Shown piece by piece: positions 1 to 14,618 of a DNA stretch of 64,000 nt. Within the stretch, counting starts at the first letter, position 1; each line of letters begins with the position of its first letter. The DNA comes from the human T2T-CHM13v2.0 reference genome, Homo sapiens. Location of the stretch: the NCBI RefSeq assembly GCF_009914755.1, contig NC_060936.1; one strand, 5' to 3'. A program made the position numbers and the translations under genes. Under the pieces are notes generated by a model, which searched no databases, was not told where the DNA came from, and was given only the letters and a program-made list of their open reading frames with translations.

Positions 1-1031
1 AAATGTACAGCTTGTGTTTCTAGTTTGACCTTTAAATTAGGCTGACCTTTTTATAGGGAAGGGCTCATCAGGACCACTCATTGCTTTACAGATGTTAAAG
101 TTTTTCAGAAAGAACGTTCTTGCGCTCTAAGTGTCTTTGAGACAGTAGTATAACTTTTCAGTGGCATTATTTGAGTATTATTTGTGTATTACACACACAT
201 ACACATTCTATTTTATAGAATCCTAGAACTCTTTAAGCTGGGAAATTTTTAAAAATCAACTTTCTAACTTCCTAATTTTCCTGATAGCAAAACTGAACCC
301 TAGAGTACTAAATAGATTTGATTGTTAATATAGACACCAAATCTGCAAAACCTCTGAATTTATACTACTCAAACATTTTGTTAATATTATTAACATGATG
401 ATATAAAATATATACTTTCATTAATCTAAATTGACATGAAAAATAGAAGAAATAAATCAAAACTGAATGACTTTGGCAGGTCATAGACTCAGGTAACCTG
501 CTAAGATGAGCAAAAATAACTTCTTGTTCACCAAGGACCCACATCCCTGTTTGCAATAACTTCTGTTTTACTTGATCCCACAAAAATGCCCCCTGTGCAT
601 TGCAAAGTTACAGGGAAAACTGAACCTATCAACCTATAATGTGGCTTTTAATCAATTGTTTACTTGGAGGATAGAAGAAATAGAGGAAGTAAGTCTCATA
701 GTGCAAGTTTGTATGTCTCAAATCTCAATTATCTACCTGCCACTCAGAGCTGCATGTGGATCCAGGGTGTTCACAGCGCTTCCATAGCCTTAGGCTAGAA
801 CAAGGGCCCAACCTTGCACCTACACCATGTCTTTACTCCTACCATATCCCTCTGGAACTATTGTTCCAAAGTGGGACAGAAATCAGGCCTCTCACCTCTA
901 TACTCTAGTGTACTCTGAACAAAGTTGAACTATATGAGCTGTCTTTCAACCCAAGGGAAGCTTTGTCATGAATATTGATTAGCTAAAAGGGCATTTCTGC
1001 CATCTGGTTGGCAGATGAAATGTACAGATCA

Positions 1032-1283
<252 letters not shown>

Positions 1284-2421
1284 CTACATTAGGAAAAAAA
1301 AAGCATTCAGAAAAGTTGTTGATGAAGCTTGATTGTGATCATGGTCCACATCATAAGTGGAGTTATGGTGTCTATAAATTATTTTGCAACTTAAAGGAGT
1401 CGAAACATAAAGCATGAATATTTAGCAAGGATAATACAGGATTCAGTGGCATGTTCATTAACCCCATATATTTTTAGGTCTTAATCCTCCCTTTCAGTGA
1501 TGGAGCAGATTTTTTATATCCACAGAAGAATAAATACTAATATTAATAACAGGTAATGAATATTAATAAATAAATGGAATAAATGCAAAGTAGGCACTCA
1601 AAAAATATTTATTTAAGAATAAATAAATTCTTAAAGATATCACTGAACAGCTGAATCAATTGGGACCACTTACTTATAAGCTTATTTTTAAAAAACTACT
1701 TAAATTTTTTTTAATTGACTAGACTTGTGTTTATTTATAGTATATATTTTGATATTTACTAAAGAAATGGCCAGGAAGAGACTTGAAAATGCCTTGTATA
1801 TTTGTAGTGGCCCAATTATGGAGAAGCAAATGTTGCCTAAAACTATTTAACAATCATAATGAAAAAAAAATGCATATGAAGAAAAAGTGACTTTTACAAT
1901 ATCATTTTTTTCTAATAGATAATTACTTGGATTTTCAATGACTTGAAAACTCTAAAAGCATACAATGATTTTCATGTATATATTTGCATATTTGATTTTG
2001 AGAAACAAAGATAAAATGCCGTTACATCATTTTATAATAAATAATAAATGATTCCATGTTTTAAATTTATCTTATTTGGGTTTTCTTTTTCTTGAAGCCA
2101 ACAAAATTTAACTGATATATTATTAAGAATATGGAATTAGAGAGAAAGAGGCTAATAAAAAACATGCCTAGAATCAAATAGCAGCTTTGTAACACACTGA
2201 AGATCGGGGTCTAATTCCACCCCAGGGTCTAGTTCCAAATCAGGTGGGCATCCGTATCTTTGCCTTACAAAGAGACAACTTATTTTGTTTGCCCTTACAA
2301 AATATTAACATTCACACTGACTCCACAATGAGAGTTCATTTCCTTAATAGAGACAATAGCAAAACACTGTCATTGAAGAAGGCTGAGCAGAGAATTGGGA
2401 AATTTGGAGAGTAAACTTAAA

Positions 2422-2475
2422 ACAGTGGTTATCACATGTAGTGTACATCAGGATCACCTGGAAAGCTTATTAAAC
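2422..2475. mobile_element. MER5A-like hAT-Charlie fragment
   Basis: cagtggttatc...catcaggatcacctggaaagcttattaaa resembles the MER5A terminus. Confidence 0.55.
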
Positions 2476-2807
2476 AAATAGCTTATTAAGCTATTTGCTA
2501 CTCTTAAGATTCTATACTTCATGTTTTTCTTATATATATATATTAAGTATCATCTATATATGGGGCAATATAATTGGGTGTTTGATACACATCATGCCAT
2601 TTAAATTTGACATGAGGTAAATAGTAATAAGTATCATTATTACGCTATTCCATTTAATTTGCAGAATGCTCAACATTTCCTCAGATTTCTTTCAATTGTA
2701 TTAGGACAAGCCATAATGGCATCATCTCAAAATCTGCCTCATTTAAAGATCATGGGATCATTCTTGGGCACTGAAAGCAGTTGTGCTGCTCCTCCGTTGT
2801 ATCACTA

Positions 2808-3017
<210 letters not shown>

Positions 3018-5779
3018 TCATATAAAGAACACAGCCATGTAGTGATATTAAGTCATGCAAGACAGGACAATGTATTTGCACTCTGAGGATATAAACTTTA
3101 TGTAGTACTCAATAGCAAATTAAACAAGCTACTTAGAAAAGAATATTGATAACATATAGCCTCTGCTGTTTGAGCCTCAAGCTGGAATGGGCATAAATCC
3201 ATTCATCTAGAACCTCCAAATTCTTGCTCTTCATTAAATTTAAAAACAATGTATCTAAATCATGTAATCTCTGTTCATCTGTCTCTAGTTACTCTCTTGT
3301 GACCATGAACTCACAGTGATTAATATTATAGTGTCTGCTTTTATGACAGAGCCATGAAATGCTTTGTATCTCTGAAAACCTGGGTAGTTGGATATAATGG
3401 CTCCAGTGTCGCTTATTTTCTTTTATGGAACAGGACTAACAATATTTCCTGCTAGAAGAAAAAGCTATTTCTGTAGTCCAATATGTATGATTTATCTTAC
3501 TATTCCTATCAAAAGAAGTGATGCAAAATGTTTCCCAGTATGGTTGCTGCCAGAGGTTTAACTAAACACATTGCCCTAGATACATTATCTCTTTAATCTA
3601 GTAACTCAAAGTATAATTCTATTACATTCTTCAAATTGACGTTGATTCCTAAATGTTTTATCTTCTGCAAGTTTTAATGAATTAGCTCTCTCATTTTTTT
3701 CCAGTTGTATGTATATCATCACTTGCATATCCAAGTTTTAACTTCCTTTTTTGTCTCCATATTTCTATAGTAATTTACTTGTTCTTTTGTCTTAATTTTC
3801 TTTTTATGTTTATTCTCCTTTTACATGATATACAACCTCATAAACCACTTCAAACCCTTTCTGGAACTCAGCAGAGGCTACGAGTCTTTCTCAATGTGGA
3901 TCCAGGCTTCTCTAGAAAATAAAATATATTAATATTGCTTACATATTGACACTTATGACTCCACCTATGGCTGAATTTTGCAGGACTTCAAAGCCCAATT
4001 TGATCATTTCCTACCAGGGGACCCAGGCATGTGTGGGGATGCTTCTCACCCATCTGTTCCTTGGTCAACCTTGAAAGACCCTCATTATGTTTCAGTTGTT
4101 TCCATTATAATTTAGTGTTTATCATGCCACTGTTTCCTTTTAAGATGAAATTTTCCTGAGCCCCAAACCACTTTTCAATAGTTTTTCTCCTTGGGAAATT
4201 CATTGCTTCATGTATTTATACACTGTGAATAACATGTAATATTACTATATAATATTTACTGACTGCCTAATATGTGCCACATGATACATAAGCTAAGATC
4301 ATAAAGAAGAGCTGAACCTATTACACAAATAGAGAATGTAAGCCAATTGGCATTGACCTCCAGTCAGTTCTTGGCTGCAACATGAAAATATCCCTACACT
4401 AGAAAGCCATGAAGTCTTGAGACCAGTCAGTTCCATTGTGTTTCTCATCTAACTCTTCCTTCACCAGAACTTCAAATGCAAGCCCTTTCTAACATTTCAT
4501 TTATTTGCATCCTGATAGTACAATAGGCATTGTTCTATCACATTTCTAACATTCTCTATGCTGCCTTCACTAAGAAATGTTTTCCGGTACTCTTTGGGAT
4601 CTCAATTTCCCTTGTAAATTATGCATTCCACTCTTTAAACCTTGCATGCACCTCCTAGACACCACTACCCACACAGCATCTCAAGTGAAGACTTTGCATT
4701 TTTTCACCCCCAGAAACTATATTCCTGGGATGAGTAGGAAGGAAAGTTACTGATTTTTAAAATTCTACTGAAGCTTTTAAAGCCTTATTCTTTATTTACA
4801 TATAAAACACCTTTGAAATGTTTGCTATCCAAAAATATTACCTTTCCTTGCTCAGCAAAGATAAGGTTACTTTTTGACCTTATCCTAAGCAACTTCAAAG
4901 TCCAGATTTTTTATCCTGCACACTTAACCTCATGGTTACTTGACCTTATGGACTTAAAAGACTTTCATGTCCACCTGATTTCAGCTACTCAGGATCATGA
5001 CTGCATTCTTTCCTTGTCAAATCCCAAATGATTTCTTCTCTAAAATATTCCACTTCGGCATTCTGTTACCCAGTTACAACTCTTGTACTTCCATTTCTGT
5101 CACTGTGTTTCTGCCAGTGTATATATTCTTTCTTTCTCCCCTTTAAGACCTCCAGTTCCTATAACCCTCCATTTTGTCCTACATTATCATCTTCTTTCTG
5201 GCTTTGCTTACTTTCTTTCCTGTCTATTCCTTATTTAATTCCTTCCTTTTCTATCTATTCCAATGCAATGGCCCATGAATTAAACTATTAATTCAATCAC
5301 TTTTACAATTACCTTCAATTCTTGGGCCACCTTGACCCATTGCATGAATGGTCAAATTAAACAACACTGGATCTTCATCTATTCAACTTCCTGCACCATC
5401 ACTCAGACTGCAGACTGCTCCTGGACAAAGTCACAGCCGTGTGTATTTGTGCCACTATAAAGTCATGACTACATCTCAAACATGTCCAAAAATTCCTTGA
5501 ACACTTTTTCAGAACTTCTTTCTTGAACTTCCCTAGTTTCTACATTTGCCTTTTAATTGTCATAAAATGACCTTTAATACCTGCTTCAGTGAGATCATCA
5601 AAAACATTGGGTAAGATTGTCCTGAATTCTTCATTAACTTGTATCTAGTATTTGCATTTATCCTTTTTTCCTTTTTTGAGTGAGACAAGCGAAAAATGAT
5701 TCTTTCAGTATTGCTTTGGATCTTGTCCCCTTCCCCATTCTCAGCGACTTTATTCTCTTCAATCCTCCATTTATTCTGA

Positions 5780-6135
5780 GCTTTTAGCTTTTCCCTGTCT
5801 GCTAGGTATTTCCTTTTTGCAAATAAACATGCTCAGGTCTTACCCATATTTAATAACACACCAATTCTCAAAACCATGTCATTCTGCAACTACATTATTA
5901 TATTTTATATTCATAGAAAAATCTCATAATCACAACTTCTGTGTCTTTTTTCTTACCACGTATTTATTCCTTAACCCACTGAAATGAGATTTAACCTTCC
6001 TTTCTCCTCTGAAACTGTACTTATCCATGTTACCAATGGCCCAAATATTACCAAACCCAACAGACCCTGGATCAGTCCTTTGCTGACTTAATCCCTTCTT
6101 CATACTTAAAATTCTCTCCTCCCTTGACTTGACAT
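5780..6135. mobile_element. L2 relic (probably continues ~6900-7210)
   Basis: Degenerate L2-type phrases (ccactgaaat...ctgaaactg...ttaccaatg; ctgctgaactcca...gtgtctcaaa). Confidence 0.45.
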
Positions 6136-6139
6136 CACG

Positions 6140-6885
<746 letters not shown>

Positions 6886-7030
6886 TACATCATTAGCTTT
6901 GCTTCTACATTTGCAATCTCTAGCTTCTTTTAATGTAGATGCCCTAACATGCTGACATTCCACAAGGTTTGGTTGAAAACCTTTACTCCAAGTCTAAACA
7001 TTTCCACTGAATAATTTTTAACAACACTCA

Positions 7031-7510
<480 letters not shown>

Positions 7511-8136
7511 TCAGGTTAGCAATTTGTTTAAAGTAATAAGGGATGGAAATGAGTTCAGATTTTTAAATTAGCATTTAGGATCCACTAAGCCCAAGGATTT
7601 ATTTACCTTTCAAAAATAATAGTATTTGACATATTGTTAAGGGACACCAACGAATGGTTACTGCTTTGTTCAATTCTGTGCATGTTTTAAAGTCCCTTCT
7701 AGGTGCATGTGAAATAGCAGCAGGCTGATGCCGCAAAGAGGTCAAATACCTCAAAAAGAAAGAGTCTGAAAAGACAATTGGAGTAACTACTTGCCTAAAG
7801 CTCCAGTCACTTTGTAGTGTCAAAGTTAGGACAAATACCCATTGTCATCATACATGCCCTCAGCAGCAGAAATCACTTTCACCTCTCTTCCTCCTTCTCC
7901 TACAGTGGTCCAGAAGGGGCTCAGGTATGTTCAAATAACAGCTGCTGTGGTTTTCAATTATGAAGAAATCTCCTAAGCTACATAGTCATTTATCTTTTAA
8001 AGCACCAAGCAAAGTACCTTTTGATAAGGAGAACGTGCTTATAGATGTTCATAGAAGATGCTTGGTCCAACCCCGATGTCAAATCCAATAACACAAATAC
8101 GTATTTCATTCTCACATGGTATTTCTCTCTTCCTAG

Positions 8137-8556
8137 TAAGGGAGGAGACCACCCTTCATATTGTTTTATGCCCAATTTCTGCCTCCAAAGAAAGAAGAAG
8201 TAAAAACTAAAAGGCAGAAATGAAATCCACAGGCAAACAGCCTGAGACCACATCCTGGGCCTGGTTAAAGATAAACCCCTGACCTGGCCAGTTATGTTAT
8301 CTATAGATTCCAGACACTGTATGGAAAAGCAGTGTGAAAATCCCTGTCCTGTTCTGTTCCATTCTGATGACCAGTGCATGCAGCCCCCAGTCATGTACCC
8401 CCTTAGAGTTGTAAGCCCTTAAAAGGGACAGGAATTGCTCACTCTGAGAGCTTGGTTGTTGGAGATGTGAGTCTTGCCCAAGCTCCCAGCCGAATAAAGC
8501 CCTTCCTTCTTTAACTCGGTGTCTGAGGGGTTTTGTATGCAGCTTGTCCTGCTACA
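8137..8556 (+). mobile_element. LTR2-family (HERV-E/Harlequin) solo LTR
   Basis: Starts TAAGGGAGGAGACCACC, ends TCCTGCTACA; TTAAAA box 8419-8424, AATAAA 8493-8498; 4-bp TSD CTAG on both sides. Confidence 0.9.
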
Positions 8557-9517
8557 CTAGAATCGTTCCTTAATTCTCTCCTCTAATATTGCTGCTACCT
8601 CTATTAAAACACAAAGCCACAATATATGGATACATTTGGAAAATATGCACACTTTGGATCCAGCAAGTCCACATCTAGAAAACCATCCTGGGGGAAAATT
8701 AAGGAGAGTATGAAAAGGATGTTTACTAAAGCATTATGATGGCAAAAAATTAGAAACAACTTACACTGAACTAGTCAACTTACTTAACAGACAGAAGGCT
8801 CAATTAGCTCATGTGTCAAATGGGGGTAAAATAATATTTAGTTTGGAGGGAAAGACAGGCTCTAAAAGAGGATTAAAAATTAGATGTGGCCTAGGCAAAG
8901 AATTTATGACCAAGTCCTCAAAACTAAACACAACAAAAACAAAAACAGACAAATGGGACTTAATTAAACTAAAATGCTTCTGCACCGCAAAAGACCGAAT
9001 CAACAGAGTAAACGGATAACCTACAGAATGAGAAAAAAAAATTGCAAACTATGAATGCAACAAAAGGCTAATATACAGAATCTACAAGGAACTCAACAAC
9101 AAAAAAACCAACCTCATTAGAAAGTGACTGTGATGGTTAATACTGAGTGTCAACTTGATTGGACTGAAGGATGCAAAGTAATGATCTTGGGTGTGTCTGT
9201 GAGGGTGTTACCAAAGGAGATTAATATTTCAGTCAGTGGGCTGGGGAAGGCAGACCCACCCTTAATCTGGGTGGGCACCATCTAATCAGTTGCCAGCACA
9301 GCCAGGATATAAAGCAGGCAGAAAAATGTGAAAAGGCTAGATTGGCTTGGCATCCCAGCCTACATTTTTCTCCCATGCTGGATTCTTCCTGCCCTGGAAC
9401 ATCGAACTCCAGGTTCTTCAGCTTTGGGACTCCGATTAGCTTCCTTGTTCCTCAGCTGGCAGATGGCCTGTTTTGGGACCTTGTGAACATGTGAGTCAAT
9501 ACTACATAATAAACTCT

Positions 9518-9586
9518 CATATAGATATAGATATAGAGATAGATATAGAGATAGATATAGATATAGATATAGATATAGATATATAT
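9518..9586 (+). repeat. (GATATA)n microsatellite in the 5' LTR
   Basis: Directly visible. Confidence 0.95.
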
Positions 9587-9629
9587 CTCCTATTAATTCT
9601 GTTTCTCTGTAGAACCCTAATACAGATTT

Positions 9630-9644
9630 TGGTACCAGGAGTGG
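9630..9644 (+). promoter_or_regulatory. Retroviral primer-binding site complementary to tRNA-Leu
   Basis: TGGTACCAGGAGTGG just inside the 5' LTR. Confidence 0.85.
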
Positions 9645-11657
9645 TTCTAGAGGAACAGAATATTAAGGATGGAGTTCTTTCATTGGTTTTGGGGTTTCTG
9701 GAGTTGGCTGCTTAATATGATTAGACCCAAATATGCTAAGGACTCTTCTTCTAATGGTATGGAGAACACTGATAATCCTTGGCATCAATTGTTTAGAGAG
9801 TTATGCAAAATAAATGCATTTGACACTCTTGATTCAACGCTTGTGAGAGGCAAGGAATTTAGCTACTGTATACATAATACTTTTGACTATATGTGGAGAA
9901 TCAAGGAACATAGTGAAGTTGGTTGGTTGCTTGTAAGTTCGCTGGACAAAGTGATGAAAGAAAATGATGAACTCAGGAGTATATCAACTCTCCAGCTTTG
10001 TGCCATAATCTTATTTGGAGAGAACTTGCTCACCTTTCACTTCCACAAGATATCACAGTGGTCCATTACATTGATGACATGCTGACTGGAACTAGTGAGC
10101 AAGAAGTAGCAAACACACTGGATTTATCGATGAGACATTTGTGGGACAGAGGATGGGAAATAAATCTGATTAAATTCAGGGACCTTCTACCTCAGTAAAA
10201 TTTATAGGGGTCCAATGGTTTGGGGCTCTTTGAGATATTCCTTCTAAAGTGAAGGATAATTTGCTGCATTTGGCCACTCTTACAACCAAGAAATAGGCAC
10301 AACGCCTAGTGGGCCTATTTGGATTTTGGAGGCAACATATTCCTGATTTGGGTGTGTTACTCTGGCCCATTTATCGAGTGATCCAAAAGGCTGCCAGTTT
10401 TGAGTGGAGTCCAGAACAGAAGGCTCTGCCACAGGTCCAGGCTGCTGTGCAAGCTGCTATGCCACTTGGGCCATATGACCTAGCAGATCCAATGATGCTT
10501 GAGGTGTCAGTGCCAGATAGGGATGCTGTTTGGAGCATTTGGCAGGCTGAATCACAGCGGAGGCCTCTAGGATTTTGGAGCAAGGCCCTGCCATCTTCTG
10601 CAGATAACTACTCTCTTTTAGGGAGAAAGCTCTTGGCCTGTTACTGGGCTTTGGTGGAAACGAAATATTTGACTATGAGTCATCAAGTCACCATGTGACC
10701 TGAACTGCCTATCATGAACTGGGTGCTTTCTGATCCATCTAGCCATAAAGTGGGCTGTGCACAGCAGCATTGCATCAGCAAATGGAAGTGGTATATATGC
10801 GATTGGGCTTGAGCAGATCCTGAAGGCACTAGTAAGTTACATGAGAAAGGGGCTCAAATGCCCATGGTCTCCACTCCTGACACACTGCTTTCTCTCCCTG
10901 AGACTGCACCGATGGTCTCATGGGGAGTTCCCTATGATCAGCTGACAGAGGAAGAGAAGACTAGGTCCTGGTTCACAGATAGTTCTGCACGATATGCAGG
11001 CACCACCCAAAAGTGGACAGCCGCAGCACTACAGCCCCTTTCTAGGACATCCCTGAAGGACAACGGTGAAGGGAAATCTTCCTAGTTGGCAGAACTTTGA
11101 GCAGTGTGCCTGGTTGTGCACTTTGCACAGAAGGAGAAATGGCCAGATTTGCGATTATATACTTATTCATGGGCTGTAGCCAAAGGTTTGGCTAGATGGT
11201 CAGGGACTTGGAAAAAGCATGACTGGAAAATTGATGACAAAGAAATTTGGGGAAGAGGTATGTGGATGGACCTCTATGATTAGTCAAAAACTACAAAGAT
11301 ATTTTCATCCCACTTGATTTTAATAATCAAGTGGATAGGATGATCAATTCTGTGGACACCACTCAGCCTTTTCCCAGGCCACTCATGTCATCGTCCAATG
11401 GACCCATGAACAAAGTGGCCACAGTTGCAGGGATGGAAGTTATGCTTGGGCTCAGCAACATGGACTTCCACTCACCAAAGCTGACCTGGCCACAGCCACT
11501 GCTTGCCAGCATCAGAGACCAACACTAAGCCCTTGATATGGCACCATTCCTCGGGGTGATCAGCCAGCTACCTGGTGGCAGGTTGATTATATTGGACCTC
11601 TTCCATCATGGAAAGGGCAGAGGCTTGTCCTCACTGGAATAGACACTTACTCTGGAT

Positions 11658-12548
11658 ATGGGTTTCCCAATCCTGAACTCAATGCTTATGCCAAGACTAC
11701 CATCCATGGAATCACAGAATGCCGTATCCACTGTCATGGTATTCCACACAGCATTGCTTCTGACCAAGCCACTCACTTTATGGCTAAAGAAGTGTGACAG
11801 TGGGCTCATGCTCATGGAATTTACTGGTCTTACCATGATCCCTATCATCCTGAAGCAGCTTTTGAATGGCCTTTTGAAGTCACGATTACAATGCCAACTA
11901 GGTGACAATACTTTGCAGGCCTGGGGCAAAGTTCTCCAGAAGGCTGTGTATGCTCTGAATCAGTGTCCAATATATGGTACTGTTTCTCCCATAGACAGGA
12001 TTCACGGGTCCAGGAATCAAAGGGTGGAAGTGGAAGTGGAAGTGGCACCACTCACCATCACCCCTAGTGTTCCACTAGCAAAATTTTTGCTTCCTGTTCC
12101 CATGGCATTATGTTCTGCTGGCTTAGAGGTCTTAGTTCCAGAGGGAGGAACACTGCCACCAGGTGACACAATAATGATTCCATTAAACTGCAAATTAAGA
12201 TTGCCACCTGGACACTTTGGGCTCCTCCCACCTTTAAGTCAACAGGCTAAGAAGAGAGTTACAGTGTTGGCTGGGGTGATTAACCCAGACTATCAAGATG
12301 AAATCAGTCTACAACTCCACAATGGAGGTAAGGAAGCGTATGCATGGAATATAGGAGATCCATTAGGGTGTCTCTTAGTTTTACCATGTCCTGGAATTAA
12401 GGTCAGTGGGAAACTACTACAGGCCATTCCAGGCAGGACTACAAATAAAGGTTTGGGTCACTCCACCAGGAAAAAAAAAAAAAAAAAAAAAAAAAGACAA
12501 GACCTGCTGAGGTGCTTGCTGAGGGCAAAGGGAATACAGAATATGTAG
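11658..12548 (+). pseudogene. HERV-L integrase C-terminus / dUTPase remnant
   Basis: NGLLKS..L, LNQCPIYG.VSP, then dUTPase-like LPPGHFGLL and GVINPDYQDEI; N-terminal ~65 aa are out of the pol frame. Confidence 0.8.
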
Positions 12549-13329
12549 CAGAAGAAGGTAGTCATCAATACCAGCTACGATCACGTGACCAATTGCAGAT
12601 ACAAGGACTGTAATTGTCATGAGTATTTCCTCCTTCTTTTGTTAAAAACACCTTCGTGTCTGTATACACTTGTACTAAGAAAATATATACATTTTACTTC
12701 CTTTTTCCTTTATCATGTGACATAAGATTTATTGACTTCATATCAGCATTTAAGTATTGTTAAGTTTATGTAATAGCATTTGCAATGGGGATTGGTGCAT
12801 TTTCAATTGCACGAAGGATAGTTTTAGTATGTTAGGCATAATTATGACTTATTGTTGTCTTTATTTGAAGATAATGTATGACCTCAGGGGATGTGTATAG
12901 GCTCAAGTTGACAAGCGATGGACTTGTGATGGTTAATACTGAGTGTCAACTTGATTGGATTGAAGTGTGCAAAGTATTGATCCTGAGTGTGTCTGTGAGG
13001 GTATTGCCAAAGGAGATTAACATTTTAGTCAGTGGGCTGGGAAAGGCAGACCCACCCTTAATCTGGGTGGGCACCATCTAATCAGTTGCCAGTGTGGCCA
13101 GGATATAAAGCAGGCAGAAAAAAAACATGTGAAAATCCTGGACTGGCTTAGCCTCCAAGCCTACATCTTTCTCCCATGCTGGATGCTTCCTGCCCTCAAA
13201 CATTGGACTCCAAGTCCTTCAGCTTTGGGACTTGGACTGGCTTCCTTGCTCCTCTGCTTGCAGATGGCCTATTGTGGGACCTTGTGATTGTGTAAGTTAA
13301 CACTACTTAATAAACTCCCTTTTATATCT

Positions 13330-13336
13330 AAATCTA

Positions 13337-13384
<48 letters not shown>
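13330..13384 (+). repeat. (TATC)n microsatellite in the 3' LTR
   Basis: Directly visible. Confidence 0.95.
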
Positions 13385-13385
<1 letters not shown>

Positions 13386-14246
13386 CCTATTAGTTCTGTC
13401 TCTCTAGGGAACCCTGACAAATACAGTGAGCTCAGGTCCTGAGCAGACATTTTCCAAAAGAAGTCATACAAGTGGCCAATAAACGTCAAAAAAAAGTTCA
13501 ACATCACTAATAATCAGAGAATGCAAATTAAAACCACCATATGATACCTCCTTATGCCAGTCAGAATGGCTATCATTATAAAGTTCAAAAACAGCAGATG
13601 TTGGTGAGGATGTGGAGACAAGAAAATGCTTATACACTGTTGGTAAGAATGTAAATTAGTACAAACTTTATGGAAGACAGCATGAAGATTTCTTAAAGAA
13701 CTAGAAACAGAACTACCATTCAATCCTGCAATCCCACTACTGGGTATGGACCCAAAGTGAAAGAGATCATATTAAAAAAGATATCTGCATTAGTATGTTC
13801 AAAGTAGCACTGTTCCCAATAGCAAAGATATGGAATCAACCTAAATGTCTACCAATGGACGATTGGATAAAGAAAATGTGGTGTATATATATTTATATAC
13901 ATATATATTACTCAGCCATAAAAAAGAATGAAATCATGTCTTCTCTAGAAACATGGTTAGAACTGGAGGACATTATCCTCAGTGAAATAACTCAGAAACA
14001 GAAAGTCAAACACAGTATGTTCTCATTTAGTGAGAGCCAAGTGGGAGCTAAACGATGAGTAAGCATAGACATATAGAATGAAATAATAGACACTTGAGAC
14101 TAGAGAAAGGTGGGAGGATAGGAGTATGGTGAGGACTGAAAAACTACGGATTGGATACAACATTCACTTTTCAGGTGATGGTCCACTAAAAGCTCAGACT
14201 TCACCACTATGCAACATACATATGTAAGAAACCCGAGCTTGTACCC

Positions 14247-14618
14247 TGATACAGCTTGACTGTGTCCCCACCCAAATCTCATCTTGAATTGTAGTTCCCA
14301 TAATCCTCACGTGTTGTGGGAGGGATTTGGAGGGAGGTAATTGAATCATAGAGGAGGTTACTCTCATGCTCTTCTCGTGATAGTGAGTTCTTACAAGATC
14401 TGATGGTTTTATAAGCGGCTTTTCCCCCTTTTGCTTGGCACTTCTACTTGCTGCTGCCATGTGAAGAAGGACATGTTTGTTTCTTCTTCTGCCATGATTG
14501 TAAGTTTCCCGAGGCCTCCCCAGCCCTGTGGAACTGTGAGACAATTAAACGTTTTTTCCTTATAAATTACCCAGTCTCAGGTATGTCTTTATAAGCAGCA
14601 TGATAACGAACTAGTACA
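14247..14618 (+). mobile_element. THE1 solo LTR (MaLR)
   Basis: TGATA..CTGTGTCCCCACCCAAATCTCATCTTGAATTGTAG start, ...CTAGTACA end; near-TSD taccc/tacct. Confidence 0.9.

Larger units (their letters stand above)
9129..13425 (+). mobile_element. HERV-L provirus with two MLT2A LTRs (9129-9624, 12925-13425), internally deleted, non-coding
   Basis: TG...CA LTR ends; near-TSD gtgac/gtgag; tRNA-Leu PBS; RT HYIDD, RNase H WFTD, integrase remnant, dUTPase after integrase, no env; many stops and frameshifts. Confidence 0.93.

Noticed and set aside
9473-9715. ORF with IDIDIEID repeat
   Set aside because: Translation of the LTR microsatellite
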